From Paracoccus suum (GTDB taxonomy: Bacteria; Pseudomonadota; Alphaproteobacteria; Rhodobacterales; Rhodobacteraceae): 32,000 nucleotides of DNA. The notes beneath the pieces are model-generated. The model was given only the letters and a program-made list of their open reading frames with translations. It did no database searches and had not been told where the DNA came from. How positions within the stretch are numbered: the first letter of the stretch is position 1; each line of letters opens with the position of its first letter. The DNA lies in the NCBI RefSeq assembly GCF_003324675.1, contig NZ_CP030918.1, forward strand, positions 540,001-572,000, in the 5' to 3' direction. Positions 1 through 9,741 of the stretch are shown here, in pieces. A program made the position numbers and the translations under genes.

Positions 1-740
1 TGACCCAGGATCGCGCCTGCGGTCTGTGCCTCGTCGGTCAGGCCAAGGGCCAGATAGGCTTCGACCAGGCGCAGGAGCGCCTCGGGGGTGTGGGTCGTGG
101 TCTGGTATTCCTCAACCACCACACGGAAGCGGTTGATCGCCGCCGTGTAATGTCCACCCTTCAGGTAGAAGCGCCCGATCTCCATCTCTTTGGCGGCGAG
201 GTGATCGAAGGACAGGTCGAACTTGAGGATCGCGCTGCGCGCGTATTCGCTGTCGGGATACTGCTCGATCACCTCGCGCAGTGCCTGCAGGGCCTGGAAG
301 GTCAGGCCCTGGTCGCGGCCGACATCGTCGATCTGGTCGTAATAGCTGAGGGCCAGCAGGTATTTCGCGTAGGCTTCGTCGTCATCGCCCGGATAGCTGT
401 CGATGAACCGTCGAGCGGCGCCCCGCGCCTCCTCGTAGTTGCGGGCCTTGTGGTAGCTGTAGGCTTCCATGATCAGGGCGCGCTTGGCCCAGTCCGAATA
501 CGGATACAGCCGCTCGACTTCCGAGAAGTAATAGACCGCTTCCTTGGGCCGCTGCGAGTTTTCCAATTCGAACTCGCCGCGCTTGTAGATCTGCTCGGCG
601 GTGAACGCGTCGAGCGGCGCTCGCGTGCCCGATGCCCCGCCGCCACGCTGGCCGCAGCCAGCCAGCAGCGCCACCGAGACGGTGAGCGCGACGAGGGTTG
701 CCTTGGATGCGATTCCCGCCATGCCGTCCCGCCTGTCCAT
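1..740 (-). CDS. bamD: Outer membrane protein assembly factor BamD (lipoprotein); 3' end lies outside the window
   Basis: Absent from the ORF track because there is no stop inside the window. My minus-strand translation from ATG 740 (in-frame alternative ATG 722) reads MDRRDGMAGIASKATLVALTVSVALLAGCGQ..., a signal peptide plus lipobox LLAGC. It continues with TPR-like YYFSEVERLYPYSDWAKRALIMEAYSYHKARNYEEA...GRFYLKGGHYTAAINRF, as in BamD/YfiO. It lies directly downstream of lpxC. Confidence 0.8.
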   Translation of the reverse strand, partial: MDRRDGMAGIASKATLVALTVSVALLAGCGQRGGGASGTRAPLDAFTAEQIYKRGEFELENSQRPKEAVYYFSEVERLYPYSDWAKRALIMEAYSYHKARNYEEARGAARRFIDSYPGDDDEAYAKYLLALSYYDQIDDVGRDQGLTFQALQALREVIEQYPDSEYARSAILKFDLSFDHLAAKEMEIGRFYLKGGHYTAAINRFRVVVEEYQTTTHTPEALLRLVEAYLALGLTDEAQTAGAILG

Positions 741-760
741 TACGTCCACCGCACCGGGCG

Positions 761-781
761 GGGGCCATGCAATATGGCCCC
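761..781. other. Perfect 8-bp stem / 5-nt loop hairpin (GGGGCCAT-GCAAT-ATGGCCCC) between the lpxC stop and the bamD start
   Basis: Read directly from the sequence. No T-run follows on either strand, so it is not a canonical intrinsic terminator. Confidence 0.4.
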
Positions 782-871
782 GGCCCGCGCGCAGCCCCGA
801 TCTGCTAGCATAGAAAAACCGGGGGCGCAAAATGGCATTCGCGGGAAAAGTTCAGCGGCAATTGCCAGCCC

Positions 872-1816
872 TTAGGCAGTCGCCAGCGCCCGCAGCCCCT
901 GGCTTGCGGAGGGCACCGGGTGCAGGTCCAGCCCGGCGCCCGGCAGGCGGGATGTCAGGGCGGGGGCGCAGACCTCCCAGGCATAGGCCTCGGGGTCGGC
1001 AAACAGCGCGCGCAGCAGCCGGTTGGTCAGCGCGTGACCGCCGCGATTGGCGGTCAGACGTCCCAACAGCGGTGCCCCGGCCAGGGCCAGATCGCCCATC
1101 GCGTCCAGCATCTTGTGGCGCACCGGCTCGTCCGCGTGGCGCAGCCCGCCCGGCGTAAGCACGCGCGCGCCGTCCACGACGACGGCGTTGAAATACGTGC
1201 CGCCGAGCGCTTGTCCGCGCGATTGCATCGCGGCCACGTCCGCTTGGCGGCAGAAGGTGCGGCTGTCCATCAACTCACTGACGAACCTGCCGTTGACCAT
1301 GTCGAGGCGCTTGTGCTGGCGGCCGATCGCGGGCTCGGTGAAGTCGATCGAGAAATCGATCTCCAACTGGTCCGCGGGCTCCAGCGTTTCGGTGGCACCG
1401 CCTTCGCTGACGGTGACGGGACGCAGCACGCGGATGACGCGCAGCGGGGCGGATTGGCGGCGGATGCCGGCATCCAGGATGCCCTCGACGAAGGGCTGGG
1501 CCGAGCCGTCGAGAATCGGCACTTCCGGCCCGTCGAGGTCGATCAGCGCGTTGTGCACGCCGGTGCCAGCCAGCGCCGCCATGACATGCTCGATGGTCGA
1601 GATGGTGACCCCGTCCTCGCCCTGCAGCCGGGTGCAGAGCGGGGTCGGCACCACGCGGTCCCACAGTGCCGGGATGGTCGGGCGACCGGGCAGGTCAGTG
1701 CGGCGAAAGACAATGCCATGGTTTTCGGGTGCAGGGTTGATCGCCAGACGTGCGGAGGCGCCCGAGTGAAGGCCGACCCCCCGGAAGCGCGCGATCTGAT
1801 TGAGAGTTGCCTGCAT
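872..1816 (-). CDS. lpxC: UDP-3-O-acyl-N-acetylglucosamine deacetylase
   Basis: 314-aa ORF with ATG at 1816. LpxC-like motifs: GVGLHSGASARLAINPAP, TIEHVMAAL, HALTNRLLRAL. It sits downstream of ftsZ, as I recall for many proteobacteria. Confidence 0.95.
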   Translation of the reverse strand: MQATLNQIARFRGVGLHSGASARLAINPAPENHGIVFRRTDLPGRPTIPALWDRVVPTPLCTRLQGEDGVTISTIEHVMAALAGTGVHNALIDLDGPEVPILDGSAQPFVEGILDAGIRRQSAPLRVIRVLRPVTVSEGGATETLEPADQLEIDFSIDFTEPAIGRQHKRLDMVNGRFVSELMDSRTFCRQADVAAMQSRGQALGGTYFNAVVVDGARVLTPGGLRHADEPVRHKMLDAMGDLALAGAPLLGRLTANRGGHALTNRLLRALFADPEAYAWEVCAPALTSRLPGAGLDLHPVPSASQGLRALATA

Positions 1817-1950
1817 GGCCGACGTCCTTTGTACTGCGCCGTCCTTGTCCGCGGCGCCTTGTCACAAGAGCTAGGAGGCCGCCCGTCGCTCCTCAATTAA
1901 CGATTTGTAACCGGATGAAACACGAAAGCCCGCACGCGGGGCCGGAATGC

Positions 1951-1977
1951 GAAAAGGACCACCCTTGCGGGTGGCCC
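1951..1977 (-). terminator. Rho-independent terminator downstream of ftsZ
   Basis: The minus strand reads GGGCCACCC-GCAA-GGGTGGTCC followed by TTTTCGCATT, about 40 nt after the ftsZ stop. Confidence 0.6.
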
Positions 1978-2018
1978 TTGATGCTCTCGCTCTCACGGAT
2001 GTGACGGCGGCTTGCGCC

Positions 2019-3671
2019 TCAGTTTGCCTGGCGGCGCAGGAAAGCAGGGATTTCAACCGGATCGCTGGCGCGGTCAGGGTCATCGATTCCCTCGAATTCG
2101 TCGCGCTGCGGACGGCGCGCAGCGACCCGCTCGCTGACCCGCTCGGCCAAGGTCGCGGCGCTCGGGCGCTCGGCAGCCGGGGCGTCGCCATGCCCGGACA
2201 TCCGCTCAAGCATGCGGGCAAGACCACCCATGCGGCCGTTCTGCGCTTGCTGCTGGTGCTGCTGCGGGGCGGGGGTCGGCGCGGCAGCGGGACGGGCGCG
2301 CGGGGCGTCGTTGTGGCGGCTTACGGCGGCGGACAGGCGGTCCATGACCTGCTGGCTGGCCTGGCCCGCCGGACGGGCCGGGGCGGTGAAGCTGGCGGCA
2401 TCGTCGGTCAAGCGCACCGGGGCCATGCGCGGCTCTGGCGCCGGGCGATAGGCCGGTTCGGGCAGGTCGTCAGCGGCCGGGGTGGATGCGCGGCTGTTAT
2501 GCGCCTGCGGACGCTCCAGCGGGGCACGCGCGGGGGCGGCAGGCGCCTCCACGGGGGCGGCGTGCTGCTGCTGCGCGACAGTGCGGCGCGGCGGCACGGC
2601 CAGATCGTCCTCGGCAGCGGCGATATCGCGCGACTGGGTGACCGGCGGGGTCTGGGTCAGCGGCGCCGACATCGTGCGGCGGGGGTGCGGCACCTCGGTC
2701 ACGACCTCGGCGTCGATACCGGTGGCCACGACGCTGACGCGCACGGCGCCGTTCAGCGAGTTGTCGAGGGTCGAGCCCACGATGATGTTGGCGTCCGGGT
2801 CGACCTTCTCGCGGATGATGTTGGCGGCCTCGTCCAGTTCGAACAGGGTCAGATCGTCGCCGCCGGTGATGTTGATCAGCACGCCCTTGGCGCCGTTGAG
2901 GCTGATTTCATCGAGCAGCGGGTTCGCGATGGCCTTTTCCGCGGCCTGCACGGCGCGGTTCTCGCCCTCGCCCTCGCCAGTGCCCATCATGGCCTTGCCC
3001 ATCTCGTCCATCACAGCGCGAACGTCGGCGAAGTCGAGGTTGATGATGCCTGGGCGGACCATCAGGTCGGTCACACCCTTGACGCCCTGGTGCAGCACGT
3101 CATCGGCCATGGCAAAGGCTTCGGTAAAGGTCGTGCGCTCGTTCGCCAGCCGGAACAGGTTCTGGTTGGGAATGATGATGAGGGTGTCGACGACCTTCTG
3201 CAGCGCTTCAATGCCGGCATCGGCCTGCCGCATGCGTTTGGAGCCCTCGAACTGGAACGGCTTGGTCACGACGCCGACGGTCAGGATACCCATCTCGCGC
3301 GCGGCCTGGGCGATGATCGGGGCGGCGCCGGTGCCGGTGCCGCCGCCCATGCCCGCGGTGATGAAGCACATATGGGCGCCCATCAGGTGATCGACGATAT
3401 CCTCGATCGTCTCTTCGGCGGCGGCAGCGCCGATGGCGGGGTTAGCGCCGGCGCCAAGACCCTCGGTGCGCTTGGGGCCGATCTGGATGCGGTTGGTCGA
3501 ACGGGACTGGGCCAGCGCCTGCGCGTCGGTGTTGGCGACGACAAACTCGACCCCATCCAGCTGCTTCTCGATCATGTTGTTGACCGCGTTGCCGCCCGCT
3601 CCACCGACGCCAAAGACCGTGATGCGCGGCCGCAGCTCTTCGTCATCCGTCATCATCAGGTTCAGTCCCAT
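2019..3671 (-). CDS. ftsZ: Cell division protein FtsZ (550 aa, long P/A/Q-rich linker)
   Basis: The track ORF 2019..4022 is over-extended. The conserved N-terminus [33 protein letters not shown] starts at ATG 3671. Tubulin signature [10 protein letters not shown] is present, as is the C-terminal FtsA/ZipA-binding peptide [14 protein letters not shown]. Confidence 0.95.
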   Translation of the reverse strand: MGLNLMMTDDEELRPRITVFGVGGAGGNAVNNMIEKQLDGVEFVVANTDAQALAQSRSTNRIQIGPKRTEGLGAGANPAIGAAAAEETIEDIVDHLMGAHMCFITAGMGGGTGTGAAPIIAQAAREMGILTVGVVTKPFQFEGSKRMRQADAGIEALQKVVDTLIIIPNQNLFRLANERTTFTEAFAMADDVLHQGVKGVTDLMVRPGIINLDFADVRAVMDEMGKAMMGTGEGEGENRAVQAAEKAIANPLLDEISLNGAKGVLINITGGDDLTLFELDEAANIIREKVDPDANIIVGSTLDNSLNGAVRVSVVATGIDAEVVTEVPHPRRTMSAPLTQTPPVTQSRDIAAAEDDLAVPPRRTVAQQQHAAPVEAPAAPARAPLERPQAHNSRASTPAADDLPEPAYRPAPEPRMAPVRLTDDAASFTAPARPAGQASQQVMDRLSAAVSRHNDAPRARPAAAPTPAPQQHQQQAQNGRMGGLARMLERMSGHGDAPAAERPSAATLAERVSERVAARRPQRDEFEGIDDPDRASDPVEIPAFLRRQAN

Positions 3672-3888
3672 CTGGCCCGTATCCTTGTTCCTGCCGGACT
3701 TTTCGCCCGATCGCGCTGCCACCGCCGTCCGAACCGTCCCCCGGTTCATTGCCTGTAGTTTGCCCGCTAATGGCCGACGCGTCACCCGAAAACCACAACT
3801 TGGCCACAAAATCATGTGGGCAGTTCTGTGCGAATCGGCGGTATCTTGCCGACTCGTCACCATATGGGGCCGCAAGCGCCGGCAGACA

Positions 3889-5223
3889 TTACCAGTTGTT
3901 GCGGAACCATCGATAGGCCCGGCGAAGGCTGCGCGCGGGGTATCGGTCGGCGGGCATCTCGAAGTCCCACCACTCGTCTTGCGGATGGGCCGCGAACAGC
4001 GCCAGACCGACGGCCGAGGCAAAGCAAGGGTCGGTCAACTGATGCGCCAGACCCTGGATCCGAAGCGGCCGGCCGATGCGAACCGAGGGGCCAAGCATCC
4101 GGGCTGCCAGCCCGTCGAGGCCGGGAATCTGGCTGCCTCCGCCCGTCAGTACGATCTGCTGGCTGGGCATGTGTTCGAACCCGGCCGCCTGCAGCACCTC
4201 GGCCACCCGCTCCAGGATTTCCTCGACCCGCGGGCGCATGATGCCGATCAGGTCAGCGCGGCTGACGCTGCGGCGGTCGGTTTCCCAGTCGCCGGTCTCG
4301 CCGCCAAGCTCGATCATCTCGCGGTCGTCGCGGCCGGTCGCCTCGATGCCGCCGTTGAGGGTCTTGATTCGCTCGGCCACCGCATGACTGACGCGCAGCC
4401 CCTTGGCGATGTCGGCGGTGATGTGATCGCCGCCCAGCCGCACGGCGTCGGCAAAGATCATGTGTTTGCGGATGAAGACCGAAACGCCGGTGCTGCCGCC
4501 TCCGAGGTCGATGCAGGCCGCGCCCAGTTCCTGCTCGTCCTCGACGAGGCTGGCGAGGCCGCTGACATAGGCCGACGAGGCAACGCCGGCCAGTTCCAGA
4601 TCACAGCGCCGGATGCAGTGAACCAGGCTGCCCAGCGCATCGCCATCGGCGGTCAGCGCATGCAGATCGACCGCGAGGCGATTGCCCGCCAACTCGCGCG
4701 GGTCGTTCAGTCCGCTGCGGTGATCGACGGCAAAGTTGACCGGCTGGGCGTGCAACACCTCGCGGCCCTTGCCGAAGCTGGGCGTGTCGCAGGCCGACAG
4801 GACGCGGGCGATGTCGGTCTCGGCCACCTTGCCGGCAGGCAGCGGGATCTCTCCGGCGAGGCCATAGGATGCTGGCCGGCCGCCCGAGAGGCACGCGATG
4901 ACGTGATCGACCCGCTCGCCGGCCAGCTTTTGCGCTGCCTGGACGGCGGTGCGAATCGCCCGCTCGGTCTCGGTCATGGTGTCGATCTCGCCAAAGCGCA
5001 CCCCGCGCGAGCGGGTGGTGGCGGCGCCGATGACGCGGAAATTGGACTGGCCGGCCATCGGGCCGACGCCGCCATCGGCGCGAAACTGGCCGGGACCGTC
5101 GAACCGCAGCACCAGACAGGCGATCTTGCTGGTGCCGACGTCCAGCACCGCGATCAGCCCGCGTTGCAGCGCGGCGCGGCGCATCGCCCGCATGGTTCGC
5201 TGGACCTGATAAAGCTCGCTCAT
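3889..5223 (-). CDS. ftsA: Cell division protein FtsA
   Basis: The track ORF 3889..5562 is over-extended. The start [16 protein letters not shown]... is at ATG 5223. Actin-fold motifs are [12 protein letters not shown] and [13 protein letters not shown]. It lies between ftsQ and ftsZ. Confidence 0.95.
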   Translation of the reverse strand: MSELYQVQRTMRAMRRAALQRGLIAVLDVGTSKIACLVLRFDGPGQFRADGGVGPMAGQSNFRVIGAATTRSRGVRFGEIDTMTETERAIRTAVQAAQKLAGERVDHVIACLSGGRPASYGLAGEIPLPAGKVAETDIARVLSACDTPSFGKGREVLHAQPVNFAVDHRSGLNDPRELAGNRLAVDLHALTADGDALGSLVHCIRRCDLELAGVASSAYVSGLASLVEDEQELGAACIDLGGGSTGVSVFIRKHMIFADAVRLGGDHITADIAKGLRVSHAVAERIKTLNGGIEATGRDDREMIELGGETGDWETDRRSVSRADLIGIMRPRVEEILERVAEVLQAAGFEHMPSQQIVLTGGGSQIPGLDGLAARMLGPSVRIGRPLRIQGLAHQLTDPCFASAVGLALFAAHPQDEWWDFEMPADRYPARSLRRAYRWFRNNW

Positions 5224-5242
5224 GCCTGCGTCTTTCCCCTCA

Positions 5243-6352
5243 TCACGCCGCCGGCTTCGCGCCGGGCTTGCTGGTTTTCGCTGCCGCTTTCGGCGCGGTC
5301 TTGGTCTTGCTGCTGGCGGGTTTGGTCTTGGCGGTCTTGGCGCCACCCGTCTTCCCCTTGGACGCGACCGCTTCAGCCTTTGGCTCAATCGGCTGGCCGT
5401 CTGGTCCCAGCTCGGGCTGGGCGCGGGCGCGGCGGATCGCGTTCTGCGCATCGAGGCCGAGGCGCAGCACCGGCCGGCCGGTATCGCGCAGATCGACCAC
5501 GCTGACGTCGCGGTCCAGCACTGCGGCATCGCGCTGCATGGCGATCGCGCGCTCGAACGCAACCAGCGGCGCGTCGGCCGGCAGCATGATCCGCTGGCCC
5601 CGGTCGAGGGTCACGTCCCATCGCCGCTCGCCCACCCGCTCGAGCCCGCGCACGCGGGGGAGAATTGGACCGGCGGCGTCGATCAGCGCCATTGCCTCGG
5701 GGGCGGCCTTGTCGGCGCCCTCGCCCGCGATCAGCGGCAGGTCGCCCCGCACGTCGCGGCCGGTGACCGAGGCGACTCGGTGTCCGGTATCGTCCAGCAC
5801 CTCGAGGCCCCGGGCATGGCGCCAGAGCATCGCCGGCGCGCGCTCGGTCACAACGGCGGACAGGACGCCATCGGGCTGAATGCGCAACTCGACCGTCTTG
5901 ACTGCATCGAGCTTCAGCACCTTGGCGCGCAGCGCCTCGAGGTCGATGTCGAAGCTGGAGGCCGGCAGCGGCCCCGGCAACATGGCCCGGAGCGCCCGGT
6001 CGACCGCCTCGGAGGCGCCGTCGATGCGCATCGCGCTGACCATGAATTCGTCCCGGTGCTGGATGCGGTCGACCAGCCCATCGATGCTACCGGTCAGCCC
6101 GGCACGGCGGTCAGGGTCCGACAGCCACAGCCCGCAGACCATCGCGATCATGAAGGCCGGCAGGCCGACGCGGACGATCTTGCGATAGATCGGCGTCAGC
6201 CACAGCCGGTTCAGGCGATAGGCCAGCCGCGAGGGTGCGGGATCGCGCCGCACCGCGCGCTTGAGCGGGTCGGGGCGTGCACCGGCCGGCCGGATCGGTG
6301 CCGGACGCGCGGCGCCCTCATCGCCAAAGAACGACGGCCTCAGTCCTTGCAC
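5243..6352 (-). CDS. ftsQ: Cell division protein FtsQ with an unusual K/A/T/P-rich C-terminal tail
   Basis: 369-aa ORF with a GTG start at 6352 that overlaps the ddl stop. It has a basic N-terminus, one TM segment ([16 protein letters not shown]) and a POTRA-like region. Position is ddl-ftsQ-ftsA. The exact start is uncertain. Confidence 0.85.
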   Translation of the reverse strand: MQGLRPSFFGDEGAARPAPIRPAGARPDPLKRAVRRDPAPSRLAYRLNRLWLTPIYRKIVRVGLPAFMIAMVCGLWLSDPDRRAGLTGSIDGLVDRIQHRDEFMVSAMRIDGASEAVDRALRAMLPGPLPASSFDIDLEALRAKVLKLDAVKTVELRIQPDGVLSAVVTERAPAMLWRHARGLEVLDDTGHRVASVTGRDVRGDLPLIAGEGADKAAPEAMALIDAAGPILPRVRGLERVGERRWDVTLDRGQRIMLPADAPLVAFERAIAMQRDAAVLDRDVSVVDLRDTGRPVLRLGLDAQNAIRRARAQPELGPDGQPIEPKAEAVASKGKTGGAKTAKTKPASSKTKTAPKAAAKTSKPGAKPAA

Positions 6353-7272
6353 AGCGCATCCTCCACGATCCAGCGGCAGAGCGCGGGAAAATCCATGCCC
6401 GCAGCCGCCGCCTGTTCGGGCGCCAGTGAGGTCGGGGTCATGCCGGGCTGGGTGTTGATTTCCAGCAGGATCAGGCCATCAGAGCCGCGCGCGTCGTCCC
6501 AGCGAAAATCGGTGCGGCTGAGGCCGCGGCAGCCCAGCGCCCGGTGCGCACGCAGGGCATAATCGGCGCAAAGCGCGGCGATGTCGGCGGGAATATCGGC
6601 CGGGCAGACATGGCGCGAGCCGCCGGGCGCGTATTTCGCGTCGTAGTCGTACCAGCCATTCGTCAGAATCTCGGTCACGCCCAGCGCACGATCACCGAGG
6701 ACGGCAACCGTCAGTTCGCGGCCCGGCACGTAGGTCTCGACCATCAGCGGGGCGGTGGCACCGGCGACCGGGGCAAAGCCGTTGCTGCGCTCGCGCACGA
6801 TATGCACCCCGACCGAGCTGCCTTCGGCATTCGGCTTGACCACATAAGGCGGCGGCAGGACGTGGCGGCTGGCGATCTCGTGAGCGGGGGCGATGACGCT
6901 CTCCACCACGGGCAGACCGGCGGCGCGGAAGGCGGCCTTGGCGCGGGTCTTGTCCATGGCAAGGGCCGAGGCCAGCACGCCCGAATGGGTGTAGGGCAGG
7001 CCCAGCCATTCCAGCAGGCCCTGCACGCAACCATCCTCGCCCCAACGCCCGTGGAGGGCGTTGAACACGACGTCGGGCTGGGCTTCAGCCAGCCGACCTT
7101 GCAGGCTCGCGCCCGCATCGGCCGCCAAAGCGACCTCGATGACTTCAAAGCCCGCCCGCCGCAGCGCATTCGCGCATTCACGTCCGGTCGACAGGGACAC
7201 CTCGCGTTCGGCCGAGGGTCCGCCTGACAGGACGGCGACGGTCTGGGCTGCCCTGCTCGACATGCCCGCCAC
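6340..7272 (-). CDS. ddl: D-alanine--D-alanine ligase
   Basis: Motifs [30 protein letters not shown] and [13 protein letters not shown] at 7272, with an alternative ATG at 7263 (MSSRAAQ...). Confidence 0.9.
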   Translation of the reverse strand: MAGMSSRAAQTVAVLSGGPSAEREVSLSTGRECANALRRAGFEVIEVALAADAGASLQGRLAEAQPDVVFNALHGRWGEDGCVQGLLEWLGLPYTHSGVLASALAMDKTRAKAAFRAAGLPVVESVIAPAHEIASRHVLPPPYVVKPNAEGSSVGVHIVRERSNGFAPVAGATAPLMVETYVPGRELTVAVLGDRALGVTEILTNGWYDYDAKYAPGGSRHVCPADIPADIAALCADYALRAHRALGCRGLSRTDFRWDDARGSDGLILLEINTQPGMTPTSLAPEQAAAAGMDFPALCRWIVEDALCKD

Positions 7273-7468
7273 GTTCGTTTTGCCTCACGCCCCGGCTTTG
7301 GCGCCGGGGTCTGGTTGCCGATCCCCGCCCCGGTTTGTCCGAGGTCGTGTGTCGGTGTCGCCACGGTAGCTGAATCGTGAAGTTCGGGGAAGCGGGGAAT
7401 ACGGCGTCGGCAGATAAATGTGGATCGCGCCGCACATGGCAGGGATCGTGCCGGACGCGCCGGCCCGG

Positions 7469-7507
7469 AAAAAAGAAACCGCAGCCCGGCGAAGGGGCTG
7501 CGGTTTC
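7469..7507 (-). terminator. Rho-independent terminator of the aminotransferase gene
   Basis: The minus strand reads GAAACCGCAGCC-(9-nt loop)-GGCTGCGGTTTC followed by TTTTTT. That is a 12-bp perfect stem about 37 nt after the stop at 7544. Confidence 0.75.
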
Positions 7508-7543
7508 AGGGATACCGTGGTTGCGGCTGTTGCCGCGCGCGGA

Positions 7544-8815
7544 TCAGGCGGCGCGGGCCGCCATGACCGACTCTTCCAGCACGTTCAGTGCCTCATCGAA
7601 AACCGCATCCGGGATGGTCAGCGGGGCGAGGAAACGCACAACGTTGCCGTAGACGCCGCAGGTCAGCAGGATCAGGCCGCGCTTCAGCGCCTCCTCGCGG
7701 ACCCGGTTGGTCATCTCGGGGTTCGGCTTGTCGGTGCCGGCGACGTTGAACTCGACCGCGTTCATGAAGCCCGGGCCGCGGATGTCCACGATCTCGGGGA
7801 CGCTGTCGCGCAGGCCGGCAAGGCGCTGCTTCAGCCGCTGGCCGAGGCGGGTCGCGCGGTCGCAAAGCTCTTCTTCCTCGATCACGTCGAGGACCGCATG
7901 CGCCGCGGCAACGCCCAGCGGGTTGCCGGCATAGGTGCCGCCGAGGCCGCCCGGCATGGGGCTGTCCATGACCTCGGCCCGGCCGGTGACTGCGCTGATC
8001 GGCAGGCCGCCGCCAAGGCCCTTGGCCATGCAGGTGATGTCGGCGGCGACGCCGTGGTGTTCCATCGCGAACAGCTTGCCGGTGCGGGCAAAGCCGGTCT
8101 GAACCTCGTCGGCGATCAGCAGCATGCCGTGCTCGTCACAAAGCTCGCGCACCTTTTTCATGAAGCCGGCCGGCACCTCGTAAAAGCCGCCCTCGCCCTG
8201 CACGGGCTCGACGATGATCGCCGCGACGCGCTGCGGATCGACATCGGCCTTGAACAGCTTGTCGAGGGCGCGGACCGCGTCCTCCTGGGTGACGCCGTGC
8301 AGGTCGTTGGGGAAGGGGAGGTGCCAGACATCGGGCATCATTGCGCCGAAGCCGGCCTTGTAGGGCTGGACCTTGCCGGTCAGCGTCATGCCCATGAAGG
8401 TCCGTCCGTGAAACGCGCCGGTAAAGGCGACGACGCCGGGGCGGCCGGTGTAGTGGCGCGCGATCTTGATGGCATTCTCGACCGCTTCGGCGCCGGTGGT
8501 AGCGAAGATGGTCTTCTTCTCGAAATCGCCGGGGGTCAGCTCGTTCAGACGCTCGGCCAGGGCGACGTAATTTTCGTAGGGGACGACCTGGTGGCAGGTG
8601 TGGGTAAAGCGGTCCAACTGGTCCTTGACGGCCTGCATCACCTTGGGGTGGCGGTGGCCAGTGTTGACCACGGCGATACCAGCGGCAAAGTCGATGTAGC
8701 GGTTGCCGTCCTTGTCCCAGATCTCGGCATTCTCGGCGCGATCTGCGTAGATCTGCGTCGTCATTCCCACCCCGCGCGAGATCGCGGCGTTCTTGCGGTC
8801 GGTCATCGTGGACAT
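7544..8815 (-). CDS. gabT: Class III PLP aminotransferase, 4-aminobutyrate--2-oxoglutarate transaminase-like
   Basis: 423 aa. Motifs IDFAAGIAVVNTGHRHPKV, ATTGAEAVENAIKIAR, ADEVQTGFARTGKLFAMEH. RBS GAGGGGGA lies upstream of ATG 8815. Substrate specificity is inferred only. Confidence 0.8.
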   Translation of the reverse strand: MSTMTDRKNAAISRGVGMTTQIYADRAENAEIWDKDGNRYIDFAAGIAVVNTGHRHPKVMQAVKDQLDRFTHTCHQVVPYENYVALAERLNELTPGDFEKKTIFATTGAEAVENAIKIARHYTGRPGVVAFTGAFHGRTFMGMTLTGKVQPYKAGFGAMMPDVWHLPFPNDLHGVTQEDAVRALDKLFKADVDPQRVAAIIVEPVQGEGGFYEVPAGFMKKVRELCDEHGMLLIADEVQTGFARTGKLFAMEHHGVAADITCMAKGLGGGLPISAVTGRAEVMDSPMPGGLGGTYAGNPLGVAAAHAVLDVIEEEELCDRATRLGQRLKQRLAGLRDSVPEIVDIRGPGFMNAVEFNVAGTDKPNPEMTNRVREEALKRGLILLTCGVYGNVVRFLAPLTIPDAVFDEALNVLEESVMAARAA

Positions 8816-8958
8816 CGCGGTTCCCCCTCGCGGTACAATTGTCGCACGCTTCTACCGCGCCCGCCCTGCCACTGCCAGAGATGGCGTGCTGCCGCCGCCG
8901 CGCTTGCGCTGGCGCCCGCCCTCGGTCAGGGTCGCGCACCGAAGGCGATATTGGTGCC

Positions 8959-9684
8959 ATGTTTCCGATCCGCGATCACAATCCGTCCGACACCACGCCC
9001 TATGTCACCTACATGCTGGTGGCGCTGAACATCGCCGCCTTCGTGCTGACCGAGCCATACCTGGGCGGTTTCCTTCAGTGGTGGATCGAGGGCGCGCTGT
9101 ATCCCGTCGCGGTGATGCACGGCGTTCATGTCTGGGGTCTGGTGACACACATGTTCCTGCATGCGGGACTGCTGCACCTCGGGGGGAACATGCTGTTCCT
9201 GTGGATCTTCGGCGACAACTTGGAGGACCAGATGGGGCATGTCTGGTTCCTGCTGTTCTATTTGACCTGTGGCTTGGTGGCGGCCGCGGCGCAGATCGCC
9301 GCCGATCCGTCCAGCAATGTGCCGATGGTCGGCGCCTCGGGCGCGATCGCGGGGGTAATGGGCGGCTATCTGCTGCTGTTTCCCAAGGCCCGCGTCGACG
9401 TGATCGCGATCATCATCATCCTCATCAAACGCTTCACCATTCCCGCCTGGGTCGTGCTGGTGCTGTGGTTCGGGCTGCAGCTGTTCAGCACCTATTCGAC
9501 CATGGGCGCGGAATCGGGCGTGGCCTACCTTGCCCATACCGGCGGCTTCCTGGTCGGGTTGGTGCTGACCTTTCCCCTGCTGATTCGGCGCGGCGGGCGC
9601 GCGTTCTGGGACCGCACCCACGGCCGGCCCCCGAACCCGCCGACCGCCTTCGCGACCTCACGCATTCCCGTCGTGCGCCGCTGA
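8959..9684 (+). CDS. Rhomboid family intramembrane serine protease
   Basis: The track ORF starts at 8839; the conserved N-terminus MFPIRDHNPS starts at ATG 8959. Motifs HMFLHAGLLHLGGNMLFLW, GASGAIAGVMG (catalytic Ser) and AHTGGFLVG (catalytic His). Confidence 0.85.
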   Translation: MFPIRDHNPSDTTPYVTYMLVALNIAAFVLTEPYLGGFLQWWIEGALYPVAVMHGVHVWGLVTHMFLHAGLLHLGGNMLFLWIFGDNLEDQMGHVWFLLFYLTCGLVAAAAQIAADPSSNVPMVGASGAIAGVMGGYLLLFPKARVDVIAIIIILIKRFTIPAWVVLVLWFGLQLFSTYSTMGAESGVAYLAHTGGFLVGLVLTFPLLIRRGGRAFWDRTHGRPPNPPTAFATSRIPVVRR

Positions 9685-9741
9685 ACCACGCCGCGGACGC
9701 TGCGTTGCCCCGGGGTGGGATGAGGTGGCAGGGCACAGGGA

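Noticed and set aside
90-875. Plus-strand ORF 90..875 (261 aa) at the left edge
   Set aside because: It is antisense to a clear BamD lipoprotein reading frame that the track missed because the gene has no stop inside the window.
1897-1911. CtrA-box-like TTAA-N7-TAAC upstream of lpxC
   Set aside because: Only one half-site matches TTAA-N7-TTAA, and the second half scores 2 of 4. This is too weak to call without conservation data.
2019-2700. Repetitive P/A/Q-rich coding stretch at the 3' end of ftsZ
   Set aside because: This is the intrinsically disordered C-terminal linker typical of alphaproteobacterial FtsZ, followed by the conserved C-terminal peptide. It is not a separate element.
3672-4022. 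N-terminal extensions of track ORFs (ftsZ to 4022, ftsA to 5562, hisC-like to 26754, dehydrogenase to 28265, ybjN to 29909, Y to 31445, KTSC to 22686)
   Set aside because: The extensions are R/P/G-rich junk that overlaps upstream genes or intergenic DNA. Conserved family N-termini, RBS positions and ATGA overlaps point to the internal starts reported in the features.
1947-5505. Very long plus-strand ORFs (1947..3758, 603 aa; 3433..5505, 690 aa) antisense to ftsZ and ftsA
   Set aside because: These are GC-driven shadow ORFs. Their translations are low-complexity R/G/A/P-rich with no family motifs. The opposite strand encodes unmistakable FtsZ and FtsA.
7419-7427. DnaA-box-like TGTGGATCG in the ddl upstream region
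   Set aside because: It matches TGTGGATAA at 7 of 9 positions, is a single copy, and has no origin-like context.
7418-9028. Plus-strand ORF 7418..9028 (536 aa) and similar ORFs overlapping the aminotransferase
   Set aside because: It is antisense to a well-supported class III aminotransferase and has no motifs of its own.
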